From positions 1 through 17,721 of the forward strand of contig JZWU02000031.1 of assembly GCA_000960865.2 (NCBI GenBank): DNA of 17,721 bases, written 5' to 3'. Under the pieces are notes generated by a model. It saw only the letters and a list, made by a program, of their open reading frames with translations. It made no database searches and was not told the DNA's origin. This DNA is from Vulcanisaeta sp. AZ3 (GTDB taxonomy: Archaea > Thermoproteota > Thermoprotei > Thermoproteales > Thermocladiaceae). Of the stretch, positions 1 through 8,015 are shown in pieces. A program made the position numbers and the translations under genes. Numbering within the stretch: the stretch's first letter is position 1; each line of letters starts with the position of its first letter.

Positions 1-1600
1 TCTTTGGTTCCCTTAGCTTACCCATCGTTTCAGCTAACTCTCTCTGTGGGTTAACAATACCGTTATACCTAGCTAAGTAGCAAGGATCATGTATTGTGAA
101 TACAATATTATCTCTCGACACCTTTATTATGCCTTTATTGACTAATTCCTGTAGGAACTCAACGTGATGATAAACCCTCACTTCCCTCATCCATGGGTCT
201 ACCTTGGGATAGTCATTCTTAAAGGCATTATATCCATGTGGGCATATTGTTATTATGTTCTTAACACCGTACTTCTTAAATAACTCTATGTTATTAAGAG
301 CAAGCTCTTGGAACCTACTCTCCTCACCAAGCCTCCTAGCCGGATCCCCACAACATGTCTCCTCATCGCCAAGTACAGCTACCTTATCAATCAATCCAGA
401 GCTCCTTAGTATATCTATGAAGGCCTTAATTATCTCTCTAGTTCTATTATCAAAACTACCCATGCACCCAACCCAAAGTAAATACTCAAAGTTTGGATTT
501 TCCTGAACAGTCTTAATACCTAATTCTCTTAACCACTCATGCCTTCCATAATTTGGCATGCCCATGGAATTATTATACTGCGATAAATTAAGCAATAGAT
601 TAGACTTCTTTTGATCAAGCTTACCCAACTCCACAAGCTTCCTCCTCAAATCCATTATGATATCAATGTGCCTAACACCAACAGGACAATTATACGTACA
701 AGCGCCGCATGTCGTGCATGCCCACAGCTCATCATCACCAATAACCTTAAATGGATCGGTATCAAGTCCAGCTGAGTTTCTAAGTATTGCAAGTTTCCTC
801 ACGAGAACTCTCGGTGATAGTGGTCTACCAGCGGCTACGGCTGGACATGCCTCCTCGCAAGCGCCTATCTCAACGCATGTGCTAAAGCTATGTATCTCGT
901 AATTCTCAAATTCACTTATCTTGCCAACGCCCATGCTTATCTGCGATGCATCCACCTTACCATCAATAACATCCTTAATGTTAAATGGTACTCTAATGTT
1001 AGGTAGGTTCCTATCAAATGTTATGTATAGATTGACTTCAGGTTTTGCATAGAATATGACAATGAATAAGTAGTCAAATACTGTAATTATGAGCTTAATA
1101 TCGACATAAAGTAATGTGGGCAATATACTCATCACCAGCGTAGTTGTTGTTAGGAGTATTATTGTCATTAATATACCCTGAAGTTTAATAGACTCGGTTC
1201 TGAATTCTCTATCGACATTAAGCTCTCTGTGGACTCTAAGTGACCTAGCAAGTACTTGGACTCTCCATATGAATGCACCAATGAGCCCCACTATAAATGG
1301 TGTAGCTATACCAAACATCACGTAATGTACTACATCATATTGGTATACCCATGGGTAAATCAAGGTATAAAGCATTGATAGAGACACACCACCCAGTATT
1401 GCTAAGTGCATTACCTCAACAACACCCTTTTTGGCGCTATTAACCTCATGTCTAATAAAATCTAGAAGTCTGTCAATATTTATTGGAACTTTGTTTAGAG
1501 AGGCTTCCCTATAGAGCCTAATAATCAGTGTTAGTATTAAGCCTATGTTTATTGCATACAGAGTGTACAATAGATAGATGAGTAATGTTTGATTAATCAT
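1..1600 (-). CDS. Membrane-bound Fe-S oxidoreductase, FadF/HdrD-like (TM domain + 2 ferredoxin motifs + CCG domains); probable ETF:quinone oxidoreductase; 3' end truncated by window edge
   Basis: Not in the ORF track because it has no stop in the window; translated by hand. ATG at 1600 follows an SD-like GGGGTG and the frame is open for 533 codons to the edge. It reads MINQTLLIYLLYTLYAINIGLILTLII (about 190 aa hydrophobic N-terminus), CVEIGACEEACP (877-842), CTTCGACTYNCP (718-683), WVGC, ETCCGDP (Cys-Cys-Gly at 355-347), TICPHG and IHDPCYLARYN. It lies 16 nt downstream of etfA. Confidence 0.9.
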   Translation of the reverse strand, partial: MINQTLLIYLLYTLYAINIGLILTLIIRLYREASLNKVPINIDRLLDFIRHEVNSAKKGVVEVMHLAILGGVSLSMLYTLIYPWVYQYDVVHYVMFGIATPFIVGLIGAFIWRVQVLARSLRVHRELNVDREFRTESIKLQGILMTIILLTTTTLVMSILPTLLYVDIKLIITVFDYLFIVIFYAKPEVNLYITFDRNLPNIRVPFNIKDVIDGKVDASQISMGVGKISEFENYEIHSFSTCVEIGACEEACPAVAAGRPLSPRVLVRKLAILRNSAGLDTDPFKVIGDDELWACTTCGACTYNCPVGVRHIDIIMDLRRKLVELGKLDQKKSNLLLNLSQYNNSMGMPNYGRHEWLRELGIKTVQENPNFEYLLWVGCMGSFDNRTREIIKAFIDILRSSGLIDKVAVLGDEETCCGDPARRLGEESRFQELALNNIELFKKYGVKNIITICPHGYNAFKNDYPKVDPWMREVRVYHHVEFLQELVNKGIIKVSRDNIVFTIHDPCYLARYNGIVNPQRELAETMGKLREPK

Positions 1601-1616
1601 TAAAGCACCCCTAAAA

Positions 1617-2540
1617 TTACTTCTTAAGAACCTCCTTCAATTTCTTAGTAAGGGCTGGTACGAACTTATAAAGATCCTCCACGACGCCGTAGTCACAGTT
1701 CTTAAAGAATGGAGCATTTGGGTCATTATTTACCACAACCACAACTTTAGACTCCATAATACCAGCCAAGTGCTGTGGTTGTCCACTAATGCCAATGGCT
1801 AGGTATAGTTTGGGCCTAACTTTATGACCACTTAAACCAACCCAATGATCTTCACCAAGCCACTTTAGGTCTGCAGCTATTGGCCTTGAACAACCAACCT
1901 CAGCACCAAGTATCTCAGCTAGTTCAAAAGCTAGTTTTAGGTCATCTTGTTTCTTGAAGCCACGACCAACTGATACTATCAGCTCTGCATCTTCAATCCT
2001 AACCTTACCTTTAGGCTTCTCCTCCGTAGACACCACCTTAACCGCACTAATTATCTTAGGCTGTAGTAATTCTGTTGAAGCACTCACGGGATTCTCACTG
2101 AGCTTAAACCTACTTGGTGGCGCGATAATGAATGCCTTATCCGTGACCTTGACAACGACTTGGGCCCTATTCCCAATACCATTGAATGTAACCTCGAATG
2201 CATTACCGCTCTGCTTTAGGTCTGTCACGTCCAATAATAATGGTGCTGATAGTTTTTGGGCCGTAATTGGTATTGCGGTCTTAAAGAATTTCGTTGGCGG
2301 TACTAGGACTAATGAGTAGCCCTCTCTATTCACTAAATCAACTAGGGTCTCGGCAAGGGATTGCTCGTCAACTTGCCCCTGTAATTGATAGACCTTGCTC
2401 ACTCCATACCTACTGAGCTGTGAGGTGTCGCCAGTACCAATGAGTAAGTAATGTATTTCAGGTTTCTCAATTTTCTGTGCAAGACCTACTAGGGCGCTGT
2501 CATTTATTGAGCCTATGATTAGGGCCTTAACCACCACCAT
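1617..2540 (-). CDS. etfA: Electron transfer flavoprotein subunit alpha
   Basis: FAD-binding motifs IVSVGRG, GCSRP, VGLSG, LYLAIGISGQPQH, VNNDPNAPFF and DYGVVED. The ATG at 2540 overlaps the etfB stop (TGATG). The ORF track uses the in-frame GTG at 2543, so the exact start is uncertain. Confidence 0.95.
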   Translation of the reverse strand: MVVVKALIIGSINDSALVGLAQKIEKPEIHYLLIGTGDTSQLSRYGVSKVYQLQGQVDEQSLAETLVDLVNREGYSLVLVPPTKFFKTAIPITAQKLSAPLLLDVTDLKQSGNAFEVTFNGIGNRAQVVVKVTDKAFIIAPPSRFKLSENPVSASTELLQPKIISAVKVVSTEEKPKGKVRIEDAELIVSVGRGFKKQDDLKLAFELAEILGAEVGCSRPIAADLKWLGEDHWVGLSGHKVRPKLYLAIGISGQPQHLAGIMESKVVVVVNNDPNAPFFKNCDYGVVEDLYKFVPALTKKLKEVLKK

Positions 2541-3334
2541 CACCTCGGTGCTATCAACCCCTCTTGTATTAATGCCTGGACCAACTTATCAACCTTCTCA
2601 TCAACAGTACCCTCCTTAATAATAACACCCTTCCTCCTAACCTGCACAGGCATTACTGAGGTTGTCTCAACAATGGGCTTAAGCGATAGCCCTAAATCAG
2701 CTAAGCTAAGCCTATTAATGGTTTTTTTCATAGCAGCCCTAATCTGGAGTAGTGGTGGTATCCTTGGAACATTTATTTCCCTAGTAACCGTTATAAGGAC
2801 AGGTAGTGATGCCTCCATAATCTGCACAACATCCTCTAAATCTCTCTTTGCCACCACTTTATTGCTCTCAACTCTCAACTCCCTAACGAATGTGATAACG
2901 GGTATACCTAGCTCCGTAGCTACCCTAGGACCTACTTGGCTCGTATAGCCATCAATCGTTGCCTCACCAGCAATTATTAGGTCGTATGTGCCGATTCTTC
3001 TCACAGCGGCAGCTATGGCCTTAGCCGTGAGAAATTGATCGCTACCTACTAAAGCTTCATCAATTATTAAGTAGGCGTCATCGGCACCCATGGCAAGTGC
3101 TTCTCTCAACAAACTCTCGGCTTCCTGTTGTCTTCTCTGTACTGGACCGTACTTCAGTATTGAGACTACGTGAACCTTACCGCCAACCTTTTCTTTAACT
3201 TTAATGGCTTCTTCCACGGCATTTCTATCAATATCACTTATCTTTAATGGGGTCGCATCAAGATCCAGTTTTGTCTCTGTTGTTCTTAATTGTCCGGTGT
3301 CTAGAGCGAGTTTTACGAGCGTTATTATTTCCAT
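2540..3334 (-). CDS. etfB: Electron transfer flavoprotein subunit beta
   Basis: Motifs D..AVEEA, LREALAMGADDA, GEATIDGYTSQVGP, LP.LITV..EINVPR.P; adjacent to and overlapping etfA. Confidence 0.95.
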   Translation of the reverse strand: MEIITLVKLALDTGQLRTTETKLDLDATPLKISDIDRNAVEEAIKVKEKVGGKVHVVSILKYGPVQRRQQEAESLLREALAMGADDAYLIIDEALVGSDQFLTAKAIAAAVRRIGTYDLIIAGEATIDGYTSQVGPRVATELGIPVITFVRELRVESNKVVAKRDLEDVVQIMEASLPVLITVTREINVPRIPPLLQIRAAMKKTINRLSLADLGLSLKPIVETTSVMPVQVRRKGVIIKEGTVDEKVDKLVQALIQEGLIAPR

Positions 3335-3452
3335 ACAATCACAAATATCTTATGAGTTTTTTAGCATTACCCATTATATATACTATATATTTATACCTAA
3401 TTAGGGTTAATACTTAGTACTAAGCAATAAGAGATCATTATTAATGAGTAAT

Positions 3453-3462
3453 CCTTATAAGG
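3453..3462 (+). promoter_or_regulatory. Putative TATA box for pheS (CCTTATAAGG)
   Basis: TTATAA (3455-3460) ends 28 nt before the pheS ATG, consistent with a leaderless or short-leader archaeal transcript. Confidence 0.55.
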
Positions 3463-3487
3463 TATATTCACATTACGAATCGAATAA

Positions 3488-5050
3488 ATGAGTAGTGATG
3501 AGGTAATTCTTCCTCAGGAGGAATTCGATATATTAAGAGTAATTATTAATGCCAATAAATCTATGGATATTGATGAATTATCAAGCATCCTGGGTACTAA
3601 TGCAAGTTCTCTCATGAGGAATATCGCAGAGCTAGAGAGATTAGGTCTCTTGATAAGCAATAGAGACATTCGTAAGTTGTTTGAATTAACCGAGGAGGGA
3701 AAGAGGTACCTAGAGATTGGTCTTCCAGAGATTAGGCTTATGAAGGTGCTGCTTAATTGTAACTGCAAACCTACCATTAATGATGTACCAAGCATCGCTA
3801 AGGGTCTCGGTATTGATATCTCGCTCAATGAAGTTAATTTCGCCGTTTCCGTACTAGTTAGGTTAGGCGTTGCGAGAATTAATAAAGGTATTATTGAGAT
3901 TGTGGATAATAATAAGTTAGCGAGTATTGATAGCAGGCAGAATGTGCTCAGCCTACTTAGAAGTCCGGTAAGTGAGAATGAAATACCCCAGGAACTTAAG
4001 CCCTTAATTCAGGAGTTTGTGAGAAGGGGTATTGCCAAGACTAGAGAGAGAAGCATCATTACTCTCAGCATCACTGATAAAGCACGTGACCTATTCAGTA
4101 AAGGCTTAATTAAGTCAAGCAATGTTATCACAGCATTAACTCCCGAGCTAATAACCAGCGGCACTTGGAGGAACGTGATTATCAAGAGATTCGACTTAGC
4201 AATACCACCACCACAAGTCCCAATAGTCACTAAACACTTTTTCGCGGAGTTTCTAAAGTTCGTCAAGGAAGTCTTCATATCACTAGGCTTTGAGGAGGTC
4301 TATGGACCCCACATAGAACTTGAATTTTGGAATTTCGATGCATTGTTCCAAGCTCAAGATCACCCAGCTAGAGAAATACACGACACCTACTTCCTAAAGC
4401 ACCCCAATACAGGTAAGTTACTAGATAGTGATCTCATTAATAGGGTTGCTCGTACACATGAGGATGGTTGGATAACAGGCTCGAGAGGCTGGGGCTATAA
4501 ATGGGACCCAAGTAGAGCCGTTAGGTTAGTACTAAGGACTCAAACAACCTCGGTCTCTGTGAGGACACTTTATAAACGTGGTGATGGTGAATATAGGGTA
4601 TTCACGATAGACCGTGTATTCAGGCCAGAGGTCCTTGATCCCAAGCACTCCATGGAGTTTCATCAAGCGGATGGTATAGTGGTTGGTGAAGGATTAAGTT
4701 TCAAGCACCTCTTAGGTGTTCTGGAGGCTTTAGCTAAGGGTATGGGCTTGAAAAAGGTTATGTTTAAACCTGCCTATTTCCCGTTCACAAGTCCCTCGGC
4801 AGAAGGTTATGCTTATCATGAGAAGCTTGGTTGGATCGAGTTTGTGGGTTCTGGGATCTTCAGACCTGAAGTGGTGATGCCTCTTGGCATTAGGAGGAGT
4901 AAGGTTCTGGCCTTTGGCATGGGTCTTGATAGAATAGCAATGATATTGATGAACATTGAGGACATAAGGGACTTATTCTCGAAAGACATAGGCACAATAA
5001 GGAACTATTGGACTCATTTCTCTAAATTCATAAATAATCTACCAAGATAA
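3488..5050 (+). CDS. pheS: Phenylalanine--tRNA ligase alpha subunit (archaeal/eukaryal long form with N-terminal winged-helix domains)
   Basis: FWNFDALFQAQDHPAREIHDTYF, LRTQTT, DRVFRPE..D..H..EFHQ, YFPFTSPS, GSGIFRPEV, AFGMGLDRIAM. Confidence 0.98.
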   Translation: MSSDEVILPQEEFDILRVIINANKSMDIDELSSILGTNASSLMRNIAELERLGLLISNRDIRKLFELTEEGKRYLEIGLPEIRLMKVLLNCNCKPTINDVPSIAKGLGIDISLNEVNFAVSVLVRLGVARINKGIIEIVDNNKLASIDSRQNVLSLLRSPVSENEIPQELKPLIQEFVRRGIAKTRERSIITLSITDKARDLFSKGLIKSSNVITALTPELITSGTWRNVIIKRFDLAIPPPQVPIVTKHFFAEFLKFVKEVFISLGFEEVYGPHIELEFWNFDALFQAQDHPAREIHDTYFLKHPNTGKLLDSDLINRVARTHEDGWITGSRGWGYKWDPSRAVRLVLRTQTTSVSVRTLYKRGDGEYRVFTIDRVFRPEVLDPKHSMEFHQADGIVVGEGLSFKHLLGVLEALAKGMGLKKVMFKPAYFPFTSPSAEGYAYHEKLGWIEFVGSGIFRPEVVMPLGIRRSKVLAFGMGLDRIAMILMNIEDIRDLFSKDIGTIRNYWTHFSKFINNLPR

Positions 5051-5064
5051 TATGTTAGTTAAGA

Positions 5065-5072
5065 TTTTAAAT
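5065..5072 (+). promoter_or_regulatory. Putative TATA box for the presenilin-family gene
   Basis: TTTTAAAT ending 23 nt before the GTG at 5095. Confidence 0.45.
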
Positions 5073-5094
5073 TAAATAATAGGGAGCTCTCCAC

Positions 5095-6000
5095 GTGTCA
5101 GGGAAGCAGGAATCTATTATCAAGTTGTCACATGTAACGTTACCACTGATTTCACCAATAATAGCAACTATGCTAATATACGCCTTAATAATTATCGGCG
5201 AAACCCAAGTACCTGCCGGTCCACCATTTCAATCAGTAAACACCTCAAGTGCCGGCTTATATAATGTAGCAGTGGTCATCATTATAATGGTAATTGCGAC
5301 CTATATAATATACCGGTTAATCAAGAGAGGCTCGATAAGGGCATTCGAGGCTCTGAAGGACATTTTGTTAGGTATTGTAATTATAAGCTCAACATTTTTC
5401 TACGTAGCAACATACATCTATGGTTACGAAATAAGGCCATTAATTAACTACCCATTATCGCCAATAATACTCACGATAATAATCAGCGCACTAATAATAT
5501 ATGCATCAATCAAGATTGAAAATACTGTGGTTAGAGCCCTTGCAATAAGTGCCTATAGCTCCATGGCCGGTGTAATATTCACAATAGCCCTACCAGCATG
5601 GACTCTAGCCATACTCCTAGCTGCATTACCCATTTACGACATGGTTATGGTTTATAGAGGTCTACTTGGTAGGATAGTTACGGAATTAAGCAAATACGGT
5701 GAGGGTAAGTACCCAATCCTTAGGGGTTTAATACTCGATATGGACGGCCTTGGAATTGGCGTTGGAGATCTAGTGCTATATGCAGTTCTTACATCACTAA
5801 CAATGCTACAATTCCTAACACATGGCTTCTCACTGATCCAAAGTTTAACAGCATCATTGCTTTCATTAATCGGCATAATGCTAGGTCTTTACATAACCTT
5901 TAAGTACATATTGCCCATCAAGAGATATGCACCGGCCCTACCGGTACCAATTCTCTTAGGTTCAATACCTTTACTCTACCTACTCACTATCACTATCTAA
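5095..6000 (+). CDS. Presenilin/SPP-family (GxGD) intramembrane aspartyl protease (PSH-like)
   Basis: About 9 hydrophobic segments, with catalytic YD (LPIYDMV), GxGD (GIGVGDL) and C-terminal PALP motifs in the canonical order. Confidence 0.9.
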   Translation: MSGKQESIIKLSHVTLPLISPIIATMLIYALIIIGETQVPAGPPFQSVNTSSAGLYNVAVVIIIMVIATYIIYRLIKRGSIRAFEALKDILLGIVIISSTFFYVATYIYGYEIRPLINYPLSPIILTIIISALIIYASIKIENTVVRALAISAYSSMAGVIFTIALPAWTLAILLAALPIYDMVMVYRGLLGRIVTELSKYGEGKYPILRGLILDMDGLGIGVGDLVLYAVLTSLTMLQFLTHGFSLIQSLTASLLSLIGIMLGLYITFKYILPIKRYAPALPVPILLGSIPLLYLLTITI

Positions 6001-6042
6001 ATACTTGCTCAAAACCCTGCCATACCTAAGGAACTCTCTATC

Positions 6043-6082
6043 CCTCTGGGTTGGGTATATCCTAATTATCTTAACCCAGGGG
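6043..6082. other. GC-rich stem-loop downstream of the presenilin gene
   Basis: CCTCTGGGTT (6043-6052) pairs with AACCCAGGGG (6073-6082), 10 bp including one G-U, extendable inward by GG/TT wobbles. Confidence 0.4.
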
Positions 6083-6125
6083 TTATTATCAATTTCTTTA
6101 ACCATTGAACATTCCATAATAATAT

Positions 6126-6152
6126 ATAATATATTGATGATCATTATATTAT
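6126..6152. promoter_or_regulatory. 27-bp imperfect palindrome upstream of the thiolase promoter (candidate operator)
   Basis: ATAATATA-T-TGAT-G-ATCA-T-TATATTAT; 12 of 13 arm positions are complementary. Confidence 0.45.
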
Positions 6153-6178
6153 TTTTGATTATTTATGAAAGATAATAC

Positions 6179-6185
6179 TTTTTAA
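6179..6185 (+). promoter_or_regulatory. Putative TATA box for the thiolase-DUF35 operon
   Basis: TTTTTAA ending 27 nt before the ATG at 6212, preceded by purine-rich GAAAGATAA (BRE-like). Confidence 0.5.
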
Positions 6186-6211
6186 CGGCATAGCTAATAT
6201 AGACTCTTTCA

Positions 6212-7378
6212 ATGCATAAAGTTGGTATTATCGGTGTTGGGCAATCCGTATTCGGTGTTAGGAGTGATGTTACGATACAAGAGTTGACGTGGGAAGCAAT
6301 TGATGAGGCATTAAATGATGCTGGATTAACACAGAGGGATATTGACATATCTGTTGTTGGTAGTGCCGGCACTAGAGAATACGAGTTATACCCGGCGGTA
6401 CCTGTCAATGAGTACAGCGGTTTTAGTGATAAGGGCCCAATTAGAGTTGAGGCTGCATGTGCAACTGGCAGTGCTGCTTTATCCGTTGCTTATAATATGA
6501 TTGCCTCCGGCTTTGTTGATATTGCTATGGCTGTTGGTGTTGAGAAAATGAATGAGGTTGACACAGCAACATCGCTTGCAGTTGGTGGTCGTGGCGGTAA
6601 TTATTTATGGGAGTACCATTTCTATGGAACCACATTCCCTGCTTACTATGCTTTATATGCTACGGCTCACATGGCCAAATATGGAACTACAGAGGAACAG
6701 CTCGCCCTCGTTAGGGTTAAGAACCAAAAATATGCTGCGAAGAATCCGAAGGCTCAATTCCAATTTGAGGTGACCGTTGATGAAGTCCTAAGATCAAGGC
6801 CAATTGCTTGGCCCTTAAAGCTCTACGACTGTAGTGCAATAACTGACGGAGCCGCAGTAGCAATACTCGCCAACGAGGAAGTTATTAGGAGATTACATAT
6901 TGATGCACCAGTCTGGATTGAGGCCATTGGTTACGCATCAGACACCTCTAATATAGTTAGGCGTGAGGATTATGTTAGCTTAAGGGCAACAAGGCTCGCA
7001 GCACAGATGGCATATAAGAGGGCTGGGATTGAGCCGAGGGATATAGAGGTTGCAGAAGTACATGATTGCTTCACGATAGCCGAGATAATGGCTTATGAGG
7101 ACTTGGGCTTTGTCAAGAAGGGCGAAGGTGGTAGGTTCATTGAGGAGGGGCAGAGTGATATTGGTGGTAAGGTAGCTGTTAACCTAAGTGGCGGCCTACT
7201 TGGTAAGGGTCATCCATTAGGTGCCACTGGTTTAGCTATGATTTATGAATTAGTTAAGCAGCTGAGGGAAGAGAGAGAACGTGGTAGACAAGCTCCGTTA
7301 AAAAAGTACGTAGGGCTCGCCCACAATATTGGTGGTACCGGTCACTATGGCTATGTGACTATACTCAAGAGGCGATAA
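6212..7378 (+). CDS. Thiolase (acetyl-CoA C-acyltransferase), SCP2/archaeal type
   Basis: Catalytic Cys in EAACATG, plus GVEKM, DCSAITDGAAVAIL, AEVHDCF, KGHPLGATG and HNIGG, the HDCF/HN fingerprint of SCP2-type thiolases. Confidence 0.93.
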   Translation: MHKVGIIGVGQSVFGVRSDVTIQELTWEAIDEALNDAGLTQRDIDISVVGSAGTREYELYPAVPVNEYSGFSDKGPIRVEAACATGSAALSVAYNMIASGFVDIAMAVGVEKMNEVDTATSLAVGGRGGNYLWEYHFYGTTFPAYYALYATAHMAKYGTTEEQLALVRVKNQKYAAKNPKAQFQFEVTVDEVLRSRPIAWPLKLYDCSAITDGAAVAILANEEVIRRLHIDAPVWIEAIGYASDTSNIVRREDYVSLRATRLAAQMAYKRAGIEPRDIEVAEVHDCFTIAEIMAYEDLGFVKKGEGGRFIEEGQSDIGGKVAVNLSGGLLGKGHPLGATGLAMIYELVKQLREERERGRQAPLKKYVGLAHNIGGTGHYGYVTILKRR

Positions 7379-7381
7379 AGC

Positions 7382-7858
7382 ATGGCTGAGAGAAAACCTG
7401 AGAGAAGAGTTATCAAGAAGGAGGGCCCAACCATAGATTCCATACCGCTGATCTATAAGCATAAAATACCCATTAGTGGAGTCACTAGGTATTTCGATGG
7501 GCTCAAGGAAGGCAAGATTTATGCAACAAGGTGCAGGGATTGTGGTACTGTTTATTATCCACCACAAGTTGATTGTTCATATTGTGGTTCAAGTAATGTC
7601 GAGTGGTTTGAGTTACCTAAGGATGGTGTTCTCGAAACATTCACGAAAGTTTATTCAAGGCCCCAGGGTTATGAGGATTTTGAGCCATACATAATAGCCA
7701 TTGCCAGGGTTGGTAATGTTAAAGTCATGGGCTGGCTCATTAATGTTAAGGATGAGAGGTGTGTAAGTGTTGGTGATGATGTTATTCTTAGTACAATATA
7801 TATAGAGAAGCATAATAAGTACATAGTAGCATTTCAGCTGAAGAATAAGAAATGCTGA
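7382..7858 (+). CDS. DUF35-family Zn-ribbon/OB-fold protein (thiolase partner)
   Basis: CRDCG..YYPP..DCSYCG Zn ribbon followed by OB-fold strands (G.LETFT.V, PYIIAIA); 3 nt after the thiolase stop. Confidence 0.93.
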   Translation: MAERKPERRVIKKEGPTIDSIPLIYKHKIPISGVTRYFDGLKEGKIYATRCRDCGTVYYPPQVDCSYCGSSNVEWFELPKDGVLETFTKVYSRPQGYEDFEPYIIAIARVGNVKVMGWLINVKDERCVSVGDDVILSTIYIEKHNKYIVAFQLKNKKC

Positions 7859-8015
7859 TATTTTATGTACAGTGTTTATGATAAGATTTAGAATAAACTA
7901 AAATAATACTATTTGTAGTCCCACCCTAAATTAAGTCTCAACAGCGCCTTTGAGCGTGATGAATTCGTAAATGAAGTTACTAACCTATTTTTGCGCATTT
8001 TACAGAGGTCATTGC

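Noticed and set aside
255-902. Plus-strand ORFs 255-506 and 657-902
   Set aside because: Antisense shadows of the real minus-strand Fe-S oxidoreductase; Ser-rich and without motifs.
7927-8010. Possible C/D box sRNA around GTGATGA (7956-7962) in the convergent intergenic gap
   Set aside because: Perfect C box but no CTGA D box at the expected spacing of about 12 nt; only degenerate ATGA, CTAA or CAGA candidates.
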